64,000 nucleotides of DNA, from NCBI GenBank assembly GCA_951406725.2, contig OX597833.1, positions 34,286,001-34,350,000 on the forward strand, written 5' to 3'. Positions 35,700-50,229 of the stretch are shown piece by piece. The stretch is from Octopus vulgaris (taxonomy: Eukaryota). The notes under the pieces were generated by a model. The model searched no databases and was not told the origin of the DNA. It saw nothing but the letters and a program-made list of their open reading frames with translations. The translations under genes were made by a program, and so were the position numbers. Each line of letters opens with the position of its first letter. The first letter of the stretch is position 1.

Positions 35700-36000
35700 G
35701 ATATCTGCTGAAATAACCACTAATGGTTCAATTGAGATAGCTGAAAATTGGTGACCATTGACAAATTGAAAAGTAAAGTTAAAGAATAGCACTAGAAACA
35801 GTGACAGGTATCATCAATGTAATTTTTTTTGCATACATAACACAAAAAATAACAATAAGAACACATTGAAGGGCCAGTGTCTCAGGAGAATGATTGACAT
35901 ATAAGAACATAGGATTTTGGAGAAATATTTGTCCACTTTTTAGTATAGTAAGTTCAAGAGTTTGACAAACTTGAATGATGATGACAACAAATGTAGTAAA
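35700..36000 (-). mobile_element. hAT transposase C-terminal (dimerisation region) remnant
   Basis: ...ITLMIPVTVSSA... followed by ...SAISIE..., resembling hAT LTIPVTVASAERSFS...LAILSIE. Confidence 0.4.
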
Positions 36001-36299
36001 AGAAAGAAAATATGTATTTTTCTGTGGCGTGATGTAATGAGAAAGAGATACTTTTATTATTAAAACAAAATTAAAGATTAAAATTTTGAAAGCCAAACAG
36101 TCTTACTTTTAAATGTGACCAGTTTACCAAAAGATTTTTATGCTAAACAGATTAAGAAAGTTTAGGGAGAAGCAATATCTTTCTCTCTCTCTCTGTTAAT
36201 CACAGGAGAGTCCCCTTGATATTGAGGGGCCTGAGGCAATTGCCCCCTTTTGTTCCCTTATAAATCTGGTTATAGCTGGGGCCATCAAACGGAATTTCT

Positions 36300-37040
36300 A
36301 TTTATTCCTTTCCTACATATTAAGTGTAGCCCTTTCCCTGATGGAAGCCTTTAATCTTACTTACCAGGACTTAAAATTTTGCTAAGTTTACATTGAGGCC
36401 TTTCAGTTCTAGATTTTAATTTCATGACAAGTATTTCTTCTTTGGATCTTTTACAGATGCATCCATAAGAACTAGATCATCAGCTTACTGGAATTTTCAT
36501 GTAAAGTGGTTTCAAATTCCTCTGTAATGGTCTAGAGGACTATAATAAATAGGGAAAAATTGATAATTGAGCTTTGATTGACCTTCTCTTCTCAATAGAT
36601 TTGTTGGTGAACTCATTACTGACTCTCAGCATGTTTATTGCACCTTTTACACAAGCTTGATGGCTCCTACAAGCCATTCATCTACTCCTAATTGACCTAG
36701 CAGCCACCAAACTGGAGGTTGTGGAGCCTTCACAAATGTCTTCTCCAGGCTGATGAATATTAGGTATAGTGGCTTACTCTTAGCCAAATATTTCTGTAGT
36801 TGTTCCATTAAGAGAGCAGTAATAGTACCTCTTCTTGGCACAAAGCTGAACTGCATGTCATCTAGTCTAATTCTGTTCCAAATCAGTTTTTGTTAGAACA
36901 CTTTCAATAAATTTCATGACCTTTGTAATTGATTCTCTCTCATGCATTTCCTTTGCTCTTCTAGTAGAATTAATGATACTGCTACACCAGTCATTGGGTA
37001 TGATATTTTGCTGTATTATCTGATTTACTATGTGAGTAGC
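36300..37040 (-). mobile_element. Degraded RTE reverse-transcriptase fragment
   Basis: MQFSFVPRRGTITA...KYLAKSKPLYLIFISLEKTF...WWLLGQLGVDEWLV. Confidence 0.75.
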
Positions 37041-37272
37041 TAGTACAATGATCCTACTCAGACATAGCCCTAGAGTTTATACACGTAGATTAGCTGTCAG
37101 TCAATACCAGGAACCAATATGTGGCCACTGTCCTATAATGCAGCATCTGTGAAGCATGATTCAGAAGCGGGAGCCACATAGAAACCTGAAAGCTAAAGTG
37201 AAATGATTGCCTCTCACTCTCATTCTGAGAGAAAAAAGACAACAAGAAAAAAACAACAATGTGAGCACGTGG

Positions 37273-37837
37273 TATAATAATAATGAAATTAATTGTATAC
37301 AGTGCTCAGGTGCACCACAACTTGTCAGAAAGTGCGTATAAAGTACATGCAGTAATGTAGAAATGTCTGGAAAGCGAACAATGTATGAGTCAGATACATG
37401 CTTGTGTGTGTATGGAGGGGAGAAAATCAAGTGTAGTGTTGGCGAATCTCAGGAAGCATGGAAGTTTTGAAGGATGCAGTGCTCCGACAACTAACAACTG
37501 ATGCCGGCAGTTTGTTCCATGCTTCAGCAACTCTCAGCGTGAAAAAATGTTTCCTGAAGTCATGGGAGCTGTGCTGTTTTCTTACTTTGTAAATATGTCC
37601 ACGGGTGTTAGATGGGTGGAGTTTGAAAAGGTGCTCAGAGTTATTGTTTGTACGATGGTTGATAATTTTATTGGTGTCTGCCAAGTCAGCTGCCAGACGT
37701 CGGAGTTTCAATGTGTCCATGCCCAGGGAAGCAAGGCGTTCAGGATATGGCAAATGCCTGATGGAGGGTATTCTTTTGGTTGCACGTCGCTGAACAGCTT
37801 CCAGACGATTGATATCCTGGGCAAGATAGGGGTTCAT
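37273..37837 (-). mobile_element. CR1-type LINE 3' end
   Basis: NPYLAQDINRLEAVQRRATK...YPERL...LRR...TRGH...FFTLRVAEAWNKLP; (ATT)n tail near 37273. Confidence 0.85.
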
Positions 37838-38287
37838 GCAAAGTATTAATAAGACACTCAGGGAAGGAAAGAAAGGGTGTTTTACATTTTGAACAAAGCT
37901 CTTCCGCAGAAACAGGTGACAGAGGAAAGTCTAAAAGAAAAGGAAGATGTAGGAAAAAAATCACCAACAATCCACATGTAGTTACATTTTGGAATGACCA
38001 GAAGATGGACAAAGAAAAGGTGCTTTCTAAGAAATGAGAGTGTAAAGAAAGGTTGGTATCTGTGTGTATGGTAGCATGTTTGTGTGGCAGTAACTGAGTG
38101 CATCTATGTGTATGCATGTGGTAGTAACTCTGTGTGTGTGTACGTGGTATTTACTATTTATATGTGTATATGTGAGTGATCTTTGTTAATGTCGTAGGAA
38201 GACGTCAGCAGCTATGGTAACAGTTGTGGTGGTTTTTGTGTAGTTATGGTCAGTGGCAGGGTGTTTGAAAGGCAGTATACATGTATG

Positions 38288-41200
38288 CAGAGGTGGGCAC
38301 CATTAATCGAAAAGTTAATTTCATTAATCGTTAACCAGTCAACCAAAAAGTTAATTTCGTTAATTCTTTGAAAAAGTAACAGAGGTTAAAGTTAATGTGT
38401 CAGCACTAACTTTTATTGAAAAAAGGCGTATGTACAGTTTACTACACCACAACTTTGTTGCCTCATAACTTCCAGAAAAATGGATACATTTTAACAAAAT
38501 TTTCACCAAATAATCGCTTAAATCCTGGGATCTTTTCATTTGTGAAGCCAGTTTTTTCAAATTTTTCCTACTGAACCAAACAATTTGAAACTTCGTATAC
38601 TGGTAGAATGTGTCAAAAGTAAACTTAATTGTAAACCAGAATGAAAACGGAATTGTAACTTCTAAGTTTAACATTGTTTAATAATTAGAATTTTAACCAA
38701 TGGTATTCTGTCTTTCGGCTTCATATTATTTACTCCGTCTCGACCACCAATTTGGTGACGTAGTAAACACATGGTATGTAAACAAATGTAAACAAAACAA
38801 TAACGATGAAATTTTTTACTCGGTGTATGTGTATATGTATGAATGTATGTATGTATGAATGTATGTATGTATGTATCTATGTATGTGTGTGTGTGTGTGT
38901 ATGTGTGTGTATGTATGTGTGTGTATGTATGTATGTATGTATGTATGTATGGCCGATTCGGTGTTTAGTTTTTTCGAGTGAATACTCGGTGTATGTGTAT
39001 CTGTATGTATGTGTGTGCATGTGTGTGTGTGTGTATGTATCTATGTATGTGTGTGTGTGTGTATGTGTGTGTATGTATGTGTGTGTGTGTATGTATGTAT
39101 GTATGGCCGATTCAGTGTTTAGTTTTTTCGGGTGAATACTCGGTGTATGTGTATCTGTATGTATGTGTGTGTGTGTGTATGTATCTATGTATGTATGTGT
39201 GTGTATGTATGTGTGTGTGTGTGTATATCTATGTGTGTGTGTGTGTGTGTGTCACACATGTATGTATGGCCGATTCAGTGTTTAGTTTTTTCGAGTGAAT
39301 ACTCGGTGTATGTGTATCTGTATGTATGTGTGTGTGTGTGTATGTATCTATGTATGTTAGCCTCAAATGTGCACAGTTGCCTACGTCACAAAACTGCTTT
39401 CTACGTCACACTAACAGAATGCAGTAACGTATTAAATATGAAAACAAGCAATCTCATTGGTTAAAATTCGCAGTTTTAATCTACGATTAAAGTCATAAAA
39501 TACATTTTTCTCAAATAAACTAGTTCCAACCTGTGTCTTGTTTTGAAACACTACCAGCATACGAAGTTTCAAATTATTTAGTTAAGTAGAAAGATCTGGG
39601 CTCCAGGCCACACAATTGAAAAGATCCAAATCCTGTAGATTGAGTGCATGTAAAGATTTGTTGGAAAAATTTTCCGAGGGATTGGGAAGGGAATTTCGGA
39701 AAATTCACAAGACCTGACATTTTCCCTCTCATAACTTTCTGGAAATTGAGTATTTTTAATGGAATTTTATACAAATATCTTTCAAGCAGTGTAGATTACG
39801 ATTACAAAGAAATTTGCAGGCAAAATTTTTGGATGGGGGCTGGGGGAAGAGTTTCTGGAAAATGGAGTTTCAGATCAGACAGCCCACATAAGTTGGAATT
39901 TCTCCATTTTGATGGGGATTTTTTCCAATGTTTTTCACCAAAGTCTTCAGAATGATGTGAGGCATCTTTTCATGAAAAAAATGAAAAAAAGTTTGGAAAT
40001 TTTTTCAGTCCTGCCACCCACTCACCATGCCAGTCTGAAATGATTTGGGGCAATTTTGTTTTTTTCATTATGCACTTAAAATCTGTGAGAAAAACATTTT
40101 CAGTTTTAAAAAAGTTATTGATAATTTCAGAGGAAACTGTGTTGTTTCTAGCACTTCCCGAAACCTCCCTCCTCATTTCTTTCTCACTCACAAATGTATT
40201 GATATTTTGCAATATTTTTCTCCCCATAAACAAATTTTATGGAATGATGATGTTAAAGTAATACATATGTAGTCCCAACCGAGTGAGGCCGTGTTATGTG
40301 TGTGTGTAAGAAAAAACCCCACCTAAAACATCTTTAGTGTTCATATTAATCTGTCAAATGTAATGCTTTTTGTTCACGTTATTTTGAATTATTCAGGTTC
40401 TAGAGGAGTGTCCACAATATTTGCTTGTAACTTTGTAAATTATTTACATACAGATTTGAAATTTTGTCAGTGGGTACCTTATATACCACTAGTTTATAGT
40501 TATGTAATTTTAGCTGATCTTGCAGAGTAAATTTGACTTTTATGGGCAGATAAATTTAATTAACAGGTGTAAAAGCAATAACATTATGGATAAAACCTAA
40601 AATTGAAATTTTTAATGCATCTTACCTGTTTGATTTGTTACTAAAATTATCCCAAATGGCAACCGACAAAAATATTGGCACTTTTCAAGATGAGGTATAT
40701 TAATTTGAATTAATTAAAATACAGGTATAATCAGTACAAGATTTTATTCTTTTGGTAAATATTTCATACCTCGATGTGGAATAATTTTTTTCCACAGTTT
40801 TTCGGATGCATTCAATTTATCTGACTGCCAAACCTGCCACAAGTCACTTTTTTTCTGGAAAAGAAAGGTGGGAGGGGTGGTGGGGACCTCAAAGATTCCC
40901 ACCAAAGGAATTTAGTTTCGCGAGTCTTTATTTTCTTTTCCAGGTTATTTTGCATGCTTTCAATGAATTTGACATCGAAATCACACGTAAATGGCTCCTT
41001 TTCCCAGAAAAGAAAAGACTTGGCTACTATTTCCAGCATGCCCTGCTACCACGTAACAGCTATTTGCATTCACACCAAAATATTTACCAACTTTTTTCCT
41101 TCCATTTATTTTTTCCACTTTACGGAAGTCAATATTTCTCTATTGACCACCTCAGTTAATTTTGTTTTTCTCCCAGTTCTGTACTTTCTGGAAGAAAAGC

Positions 41201-41741
41201 CCTCACATTATCTCAAAGCCACATGAATTCACTAAAGGGTTAAAAAGTGCCAAAGCTATAAAATCAGCATTTTTGGCCTTTTTGAGGACTTTAGAACCTA
41301 AAACCTATAGTTTTTTTTTTTTGCTTTAGAATCAAAAAATGCTGATTTTATAGTTTTAAATTTTAAACGGCCTAAAAAGGCCTGATTACATAGTTTTGGC
41401 CCTTTTTTTAGATTTTTAAAGGCTTTTAGAGCCAGAAAAGGGTAAAGGGCCTAAAAAGGGCTGATTACATAGTTTTGGCCCTTTTTTTAGATTTTTAAAG
41501 GCTTTTAGAGCCATAAAAGGGTAAAAAAAAAAAAAACTCAAATGAAACACAATATTAGTATTAAACTAAAAACTGAAGACAATAGAAACTTTTAAAGTTT
41601 ACTGCTTTTTATGAAATTTTTGGGTTAATGGACTTGAGTTAACGGAAGTTAATTAGTCTGATAATGATTTTCAAAGTTAATTTAAAAGTTAAATCGGTAA
41701 TTAAAATGTCAACTTCATTAACAGACTTACACCCAGCTCTG
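38288..41741. mobile_element. Non-autonomous hAT element with 8-bp TSD and nested repeats
   Basis: Termini CAGAGGTGGG / CCCAGCTCTG; GTTAA-rich subterminal repeats at both ends; flanks CATGTATG / CACATATG; ~70-bp tandem duplication at ~41369-41525. Confidence 0.7.
38812..39360. repeat. Composite tandem repeat: ~55-bp conserved unit x3 separated by (TG/TATG)n
   Basis: tggccgattc(g/a)gtgtttagttttttcg(a/g)gtgaatactcggtgtatgtgtatctg at 38950, 39104, 39267. Confidence 0.85.
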
Positions 41742-42779
41742 CACATATGTATATATATGCATATGGATGAGGACAGCTGCATAAAGAAGTGGTGAGCTTT
41801 AATTGTGGAGGGTACCTATGAAAGGGGGTAGGTCCAGGAAGTTGTGGCATGAAGTGGGGAGAAAGGATCTTTGGATGCTGGACCTCATCGAAGAAATGAC
41901 AAGCAACTGAGAGATGTGATGATTTGCTGTACTTGATAAGATACATCAAGCTAAGTAAAATCGCTGTCTTCCACACATACAGGCTTGTCCTTTCAGTTGC
42001 CAGTGCCACTTAAAAAGCTCTCCATGCCAGTGCTGTGTTAATGCACCTGTACCAGTGCTATGTAAATGTATCCGTGCCATCAGCATGTAAAAGGTATCCA
42101 GTATGCTCTGTTAAATGGGTGGCATTAGAAAGAGCATCCAGCTGTAGAAACCATACCACAACAGACAGTTGGAGCCTGCACAGCTCCCTACCAGCCATCT
42201 CTATGTCAGACCCTCCAACCCATGCTAACATGGAAAGAGGATGTTAAATGATGATGATGATGAATGATATATATATATATATATATATCATCATGTTGAA
42301 CTGTTAATTCCTATGCATTTTTTCTACATTTTTTTTTCCTCTCATCCCTTTCTATCAAAGAGCATAGGCTTGAAAGGTCAAAACCTTTTTCATTCTGTTT
42401 GAGCATCAAACTAATACACCTACTTATTATTCCCACACCTGTCTTTTGTTTTCTGTAAATTTGAACTATATATATATATATATATAGTTAATCCAAACAT
42501 GAAAAAACACAACACGAGGATGTAGAATAAGTATAGTGTTATTGGATACTCAGGGAAGGAAATTAAGAAGGAAGATTTCACGTGGAGCTCTTCGTCAGAA
42601 AAATAGAAAAAAAGAAAAGTCTAAAGAAGGGCAGACGGAGAAAGAAAATCCCCAAAGATACACAGATACACACGCGGTCACATATCGAAATGACCGGAAG
42701 GGAATGGGTGAAGAAAAAGTTCTTTCAAAAACAGGAGAGTGCAAAAGGAGGTATGTGTGGATATGTGCATGCACGCAGG

Positions 42780-43011
42780 TCTGTGTGTGTGTGTGTGTGT
42801 GTGTGTGGTTGTGGCTGTTTATCTGTGTGTGGTTGGGCATAGTATCTAAGGTCACAGGAAGAATTTATAGTAAGAATTTTGGTAGGAGTGGCTGCCTGTT
42901 GTGTGTCTACCTACCCATGTGCTTAGAGGAATGGTCAGTAGAAGGTACTGGTAGTTTGAGGTATGTGTGTGTGCGTGTATGTATATGTAGTGTGTGTGTG
43001 TTCTGTTTGCA

Positions 43012-43042
<31 letters not shown>

Positions 43043-43500
43043 TGTGTCCATGTGTGTATGTGTGCTTGTATGTGCATGTGTGTGTGTACATGTATGTATG
43101 AGTGTGTGCGGTGTGTGTATGGGCGGTATGTGTGGGTTCATTTATGTGTGCATTTGTATATACATGTGTACATGTGTGTGCGTATGTGGGTGTATATACG
43201 TGTATGCGTGGGGTTGTGAGTGTTAGGTATGTGTGCATTCGTGTGCATGTGTGTATGTGTGTGCATGTGTGTGTATGTGTCTATATGTGTATGCATATGT
43301 GTATGTGTGTGTGCATGTATGCATATATTGTGTGTGTATGTATATGTATGCGTGTGTATGTGAATTTGTGTATGCGTGTGTGCGTGGGTTGTGTGGGGTT
43401 TGTATAGGCATATATGTGCATACCTGTGTGTATGTGCTTGCATGCATGTGCTTGTGTGCTTATGTGCGTGTGTGCATGTATATATATACATACATATATA
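42780..43500. repeat. Long degenerate (TG/TATG/TGCA)n microsatellite
   Basis: Direct inspection. Confidence 0.9.
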
Positions 43501-44467
43501 TAGGTTTCATCTGTTAGCATGCCATGCTTGCCATCACAATACCATGGAAACGAAAATTATTTCATGTAGTATCATTTTATGCAGTATCATATGGATTGAA
43601 GTTATACATCCTCTTCCATCTTCTTGCCACTGCTGCTGTCACCACCACCACCACTTTAACAACCACTTTTTCTTCTTTGTATGTGTTAAGCAGATTTTCT
43701 ATGACCAGACATTTTTCCTGTTACCGATTCTCGTCAATTTCTAAGTAAGCTAATAGTTCCATTTGGCCAGACACATTTTCAGGGAAGACTTGAAATGAAT
43801 GATATTGCTTGTATGATGACAACACTCACATACAATCATCTGATGATGTTAAAACAAGGAGACACAAATATTCACACACACACACACACACACACACACG
43901 CATACACATACAGGTTTCTTTCAGTGTCTGTCTACCAAATCCACTCACAAGACTCTGGTTGATCCAAGGTTGTACAAGAAGACACCTGCCCAAAGTGCCA
44001 TGCAGTGGGATTGAATCTGTAACCATGTGGTTAACAAGTATATTCCTTAACCATACACCATACCTACATCTATACACTTACAACAGATACATTTTAGTAG
44101 TTACTAGCTCAAATAAAATATAGAAAAGCAAGAAAGTTACAAAATATTACATTCCTAATATCCATTTAATTCTATGCAATAATTTCAATAATTTTGTTTT
44201 CTATATTTCTATCTCTAATTCTAAAATTAGTACAAAATGAAAAACCTGCCCCAGAAGAGACACAGGCATGTCTGTGTAGTTGAAAATTTGAAAAGTTTCC
44301 CATTGAGGTGTTTTTGAGCTCAATCCCAGTATGACCACCTTGGGCAAGTGTCTTTCACTATAACTCCAGGTTGACCAAAAGCCTGAGAGAGGACTTGATA
44401 GTTGGATGAAAGAAGACCATTGTATATCTATACACACGCATACATATGTCTATATATACATATACAT

Positions 44468-44508
<41 letters not shown>

Positions 44509-44510
<2 letters not shown>

Positions 44511-45726
44511 GGGCCATCCCATAAATAATGTGGATTTTTCAATTACATGAACTAAAAGTCGGAGGGGGTTGGGATACACTACCTGCATCAACTTGCTATA
44601 AAAGCAGGTAGCAATTTTACCTTGTCCTTATTCTTAGTGCAAGTTTTGAAGAGTGCAGTTTAATCTTCACAGTTATTTTTTCAAAGCTATTACAGAAGTG
44701 ACAAAGGAGCATATTCGGCATATTTTGCTTTATGAGTTCAATAAAAGCAACAACACAAGGAATATTAATGCAGTATATGGGGATCGGAAATAAGCATAAG
44801 CCAGTGTCAACTGTGGTTTCAGAAATTCTGAACTGGAAACTACAGTCTAGAAGATGTGCCTTGTCCTGGAAGATCAGTAGAGCTTGACGAAGATGTCCCG
44901 CAAACACTGGTGGAACAAAATCCCATCATAACTGTTTAGGAACTATCAGAGAAGCTTGGATTTGGTCATTCAATCCTTCATCGACACCTGCATGCCATCA
45001 GAAAAGTCAGTAAATTGGGTCAATGGGTTCCTCACAAACTTTCCAAGTGTAATCACGTGCAGAGAGTGAATGTGTCATCTTCTTTGCTGTCATATCTCAT
45101 GAATGAAACTTTTTTGGACCGAATAGCGACTGGTGATGAGAAATGGATTCTCTGTAAAAATGTCAAGCACCAAAGGCAGTGGGCAGGGAAAGGAGAAACA
45201 GTGGCACCCCAGGTTAAAGAAGGTTTTCACCCATGTAAGGCTTTGTTATCTGTTTGGTGGGATATGAAAATCCACTTTGAACTTTTAAACCCAAACCTAA
45301 TGATAACAAAGTCAGCACTAGAAGAAAAACAGCCATCTTTGGTTTCAAGATGAAAGGTGGTCTTGCAAATAAGTTAATGCTTGGTTACATATAGCTGAAG
45401 CAGTTTGAATGGGAAACGATGCTCCACTCACCATATTCGTCAAACATTGCACCATCTGATAATCATTTATTCTGCAGTCTTCAAAATCATTTGGACGGAA
45501 AAAATAGGAATTCTGTAGATGAGGTCAGAACAGTACTGGAGGAGTATTTTTTCATCACAGACAAGTGAATTTTGGAAGAGGGACCTTGCAAGTCTCCCAG
45601 ATAGATGGAAGAGCATTGCAGAAAATGAAGGAGAGTATATTTTAGATTATAAAAGAACTTTGGTTATCTTAATTTTGAAAAATAAAAGAAGTATAAAAAA
45701 ACTACATTATTTATGGGATGACCTAA
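44509..45726 (+). mobile_element. Near full-length mariner element, pseudogenised transposase
   Basis: TIRs (g)gg(c/t)catcccataaataatg at both ends; HIRHILLYEFNK, GQWVPHKL, IATGDEKW, LLSVWWD, HSPYSSNIAPSDNHLF motifs. Confidence 0.9.
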
Positions 45727-46423
45727 TGTATATATATATATGTGAGACTGAATGTGTGTATGTATGTATGTATGTATGTATATCACCGAAAGGGTCTGAA
45801 ATGGTGCATCCTCAAGAAAAACAGATTTTGATTTTTGAAATCTGTGTCCCAAGGAGAAGGTTTTTGGTAAATAGTAATGAAAAATATACTTTGATACATG
45901 AAATAACTCAACTTTCAGATTGCCAAATCTCCTTCTCTCCATCTGTCCTATCAGTTTATCTGTCTCTCCGTCTTCTACAATTTTTCTCATCTCTCTCTCT
46001 TTATATATTTACCACACTCTCTCTCACTCTTTCTCTGTATATGTATATCTCTCATGGATGCTGCAATCCCTCTTTCCCTTGATATGACATGTAATTGCTT
46101 TCATTTTGCTTCCAAATCCTTCTTCTGACTGAATGAAAATGACCAAACTTTAAACTTCTGTAACATTTTTCTAAAAATTTTACTGGAATAAATGAATCAC
46201 AAAATAGGATTCAGAGTAAAAAATTACATCAATATACCAAATCTGAAAATTTTCACTTGATTTTAAAATTTCAAAATCTGTGACAGCAACAGAAAAGTTC
46301 CTTTCTCTCTATCTATTTCATTTGGTCTTTTATACTTTTCTTTTCTACATTTACCACATCCTCTCTTACTCTTTCTCACTTTAAATGTATATCACTCATG
46401 CTGAGTGGGTGTCTGTTTCAGCT

Positions 46424-46483
<60 letters not shown>

Positions 46484-47639
46484 TGTGTATGCATGCACAT
46501 ATGTGTGCATCAGTGTGTATGCGTATGCATGTGTGTAAGGAATTTCATTAGGGCAACAGAATCAAGAGACTCTCACAATACATCAGCAGTGAGTTCAAGA
46601 GGTAGCTGAACAGAGGAGGAATAAACTTGGTGATATGCAACTTCAAGCCTCTGTTGTATGTTCTTAGGAGAGACCCGAGCATAAGATGCATCAATTAGAT
46701 GATAAGCACATATAAGATTGCTGCACAGACTCAGGAGATGATGTCCCATTTCAATTCTAATGACTTCAATTTCCAGTGAGTCTCAGTTTTACCATGACCA
46801 TCAACAAATCACAAGGTCATCAGCTTTCCCATACTGGTTCAGACACCCACAGACTAATTTCAGGGTATTTGTCCTTTATCAATGTGGAATAGTCAAACCC
46901 AGCAGGCGTCGCCGTTGACTGTCTGTTCATTGTGTTGTAACATGAGGAAAGCAAGCAAATATAGCTTCCTGCTGCAAATGCAAACTAGACTCTCTAAGGG
47001 GAGAAAATCTGATCTATTTAAGGAAATTGCTAGACTCCACAGAGATGTGAAAGGTTTTTCTGCCAAGAGAACACATAATCCATTTGAGCGCATCTGATTG
47101 GTTGAACAGGTAATTTGGTGTATTTGTTCAGGGGATAAACTGTGCTTAAAAACTAACCAATCAGGGCAAATAGTTAAAACATGATCTTTATAACTAAGTG
47201 CTCTCTGCTATGTCCAAACAACAGCTTTAAATATAAGGGAGAGAAAATAGTCTGTCATTTATGCTTTTGTCAATCCATTCTGCTACAGAACTCCCCAACC
47301 AGAACATTTGTAGGACACAACTGTGTGATGATAGGAAAGAACTGCTAGCAAAAATGGTAAAGACAAAAGGGTTGAACAAGCCAGTACAGTTATTAGAGTG
47401 CATGCGGAATTATGCAGAGCAAGAAAAATACAGTATCTTACAACAAAATAAAATGTGTGGAAATTTAAACAAGGTGAAAAAAGAATGTAGGAAATTTGCA
47501 TATAAATAGTAAAGCATAGAAATGCATGATTTGAATGCAAAATAAACATCACATAAAAATACATAGAAAAATGCATGATTACAAAAAACAGGCAGTCATG
47601 GAATTATTTTTAAATATATAGTTTTGCAAGTTTTTTTGT

Positions 47640-49260
47640 CAGTGGACCTTGTGCCCACTGCATGTGGTGGTGGTATGAGAAGATGAAGGGGTAGATGACT
47701 GTGTTGTTGATGCTGGTGAAGGTATAGGTGTGATAACTGCAGTATTTTGTGGTTCAAAATGAAGGAGGATGTTTGGTTTCTGAGTGAGGGCTTCAGCAAA
47801 AGCATGCTTCACCCTGTCAACAGATACTGTTTCTTTTTTGCCATTAATGTCTATGGTAAAATGTTTGTCAGTCTTTGCTAGGACATGATAAGGTCCTTTA
47901 TATAGTTGTGTGAGCAGTCCTCTCACAGAATCGTCCTTCAAAATACATGAGTCCATGAGGAAATGTCTTGTGGAACAAAAGAAGGTATAGACTGTCGTCG
48001 AGAAGACGTAGGCAGTAGATCAGCAAAATAGGTACGTAAGCAATGTACATATGCATTGGGATCTTGAGCAGCTAAATTCACAGGGGTAAACATTTGATCC
48101 AGGAGTGACAAAAGCATGCTGTAAAGTAGTTCGGCAGGCATAAAACCAAGATCTTCTATCACAGAGGATCTACAACCCTAAAGAACAACAGGAAGGTACT
48201 CACTCTAGTGGTGAGGATCTGGACAGGATCATTGTGCAGCTTTGAATTGACAATGAAATCATTCTACTATCCCATTAGATGCCGGGTGGTAGCTGGTGGT
48301 GTAGATGTGCTTAACACCCAACAACTTTGACAGTTCTGCAAACAGCTGTGACTCAAATTGTTTGCCATGGTCAGTTGTGATTCATAAAGGAACACTGAAA
48401 TGAGAAATCCAAGTGGCTATGAAAGCTTGGGCGACAGACTCTGCTGCAATATCACATAAAGGAACAGCCTCTGGCCTGCATGTAAAGCAGTCTATACTTG
48501 TGAGGATGTAAGTCCATTGCTGACAGGCCAAGGACTGACTAGGTCAATATGGATATGTTGAAAACAGGCATCTGGTTGTTTGAAAGTGCTAAGGGGTGTT
48601 CGAATGTGTCTATGTATCTTTGAATGCTGACACTGCTGGCAATTCCGAGACCATGTGGTAATATGCCGATGCATACTTGGCCAGAAGAATTGGGCCGAAA
48701 TTAGCTTTACCAATGTGGAGATGCCAGGATGAGAGAGCAAGTGCAAAGCATTGAAAACATGTTTCTGGTGGTGCTCAGGAACTAATGGTCGTGGATCTCC
48801 AATAAAAACATCACACAGGATTGTCTTCTCATCAGTTGGGAGTGGTATGTACTTGAATTGACAAGTAGAAAATTTGTCAGATGTAGTATCTAATGAGGTC
48901 AAAACAGGTTATCTCTGAAGTGGAAGATAGAGAACAAATAGGAAGTCTAGATAAAGCATTTGCGACTGAGGAGCTAAACACTCTATTGCTTGAATTTTCT
49001 CAGGCAGAGGATGAATTCCATCGCTGTCTATGAGATGTCCCAAAATTTCCAAAGAGGAGGAACCAAAAACCCCTTTTAGTACATAGACAGATGTTGAACT
49101 AGCAGTGTTAAGTGTTGAATGTGTTCTGGAGTAAAACTTGTGGTAAGCAGATCATCAATATAAGCAAAGGTGAAAAGCAAACCATGAACAACTTCATCAA
49201 TAAACCTCTGGAATGTGCAAGCAGCATTCCTGAGTCCAAAAGGCAAAACTAACACACACC
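47640..49260 (-). mobile_element. Ty3/Gypsy pol relic (RT plus integrase)
   Basis: LPFGLRNAACTFQR...AYIDDLL; H..SHPG...CQQCQ; FQHIHIDLV; TDHGKQFES...[10 protein letters not shown]; YKGPYHV. Confidence 0.9.
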
Positions 49261-50229
49261 CACTCAATCCAACCATAAACATTTAAGGCCAACTGACTGA
49301 CCAAACTACTTCTTGGTGAAAGAAAACTTGATAAAGATGGTTGCCCAGTTGCTTGTGTAGTAAAATACTCTGGATGCTGGTTTTTTATATGATTCATATG
49401 ATTTGTCCATCCAGTTCCTTTTTTCTACATTTGCATTTCCATACATGTTCACTGTCTGTTTGGTTAAAATATTTTCTGACGATTTGCTCATTTTCACACA
49501 GCATGGGTTAGTTTAAAATAAAAGATATTTTGCCATTCCACTGATGAAAGTCTGATTCAGTTAATATGTTGGAGCGGAAATCAAGATACAACCACATTGC
49601 TGGTGAAGTTACGATTTAATGACTTGTTTTCAGCAGTCAGAACCAAGAATCACTCAACAGCAATTATTTGACAACATACACAATAGCCAATTCCCAAACA
49701 TGACAGAATGTGTGACTCATTCTTGGTAGTCAACACTTGACAACATATCCAATAGTCATTTCCCAAGCACGACAATGTGTGAATCATTCTCAGCAGTCAG
49801 AACAAAGCATCAACACAATATCTCAAATAATAATAGAATTCTGTATTTGCCAATTGAATGAAATATGAGCCATAGGAAAAACTTTCGCTAACAATGTTGC
49901 AATTAATTGATATGATAGCAATTATTTGGAGTCCAATCAATTAACAGGACCAATATATTGCAATTAATTTTTCAGCAACTAATTTTTTACAACCCTTGGG
50001 ACAAACACATGCATACATACACACACACATATGCATACATACACACACATCCATCCATCCGCCTGTCCATCCATCCGCCTGTCCATCCATCCATCCATAC
50101 ATACATTACACAAAACTAAGAAAAATATAGCAGTCTGAACTCCCCTCTTACAACAAGACAATATCACACAATGCATTTGCAGTACCAGTGCTGATTCCAA
50201 GATTTGGAATACTTGACTGGTCTGTAGAA

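Noticed and set aside
38950-39320. Repeat-spacer-repeat pattern resembling a CRISPR array
   Set aside because: Spacers are (TG/TATG)n microsatellite, context is eukaryotic and there are no cas genes; it is a composite tandem repeat
42536-43744. Many overlapping 70-227 aa ORFs
   Set aside because: Translations are CVCV/HTHT runs from stop-free microsatellite; the same applies at 1.6-2.6, 6.1, 11.7-13.1, 15.3, 23.2, 27.6, 29.0 and 38.8 kb
49538-49600. CTGATGA...GAAA-TC-AA-GA-TA hammerhead-like string
   Set aside because: Stem I cannot form and stem II is poor
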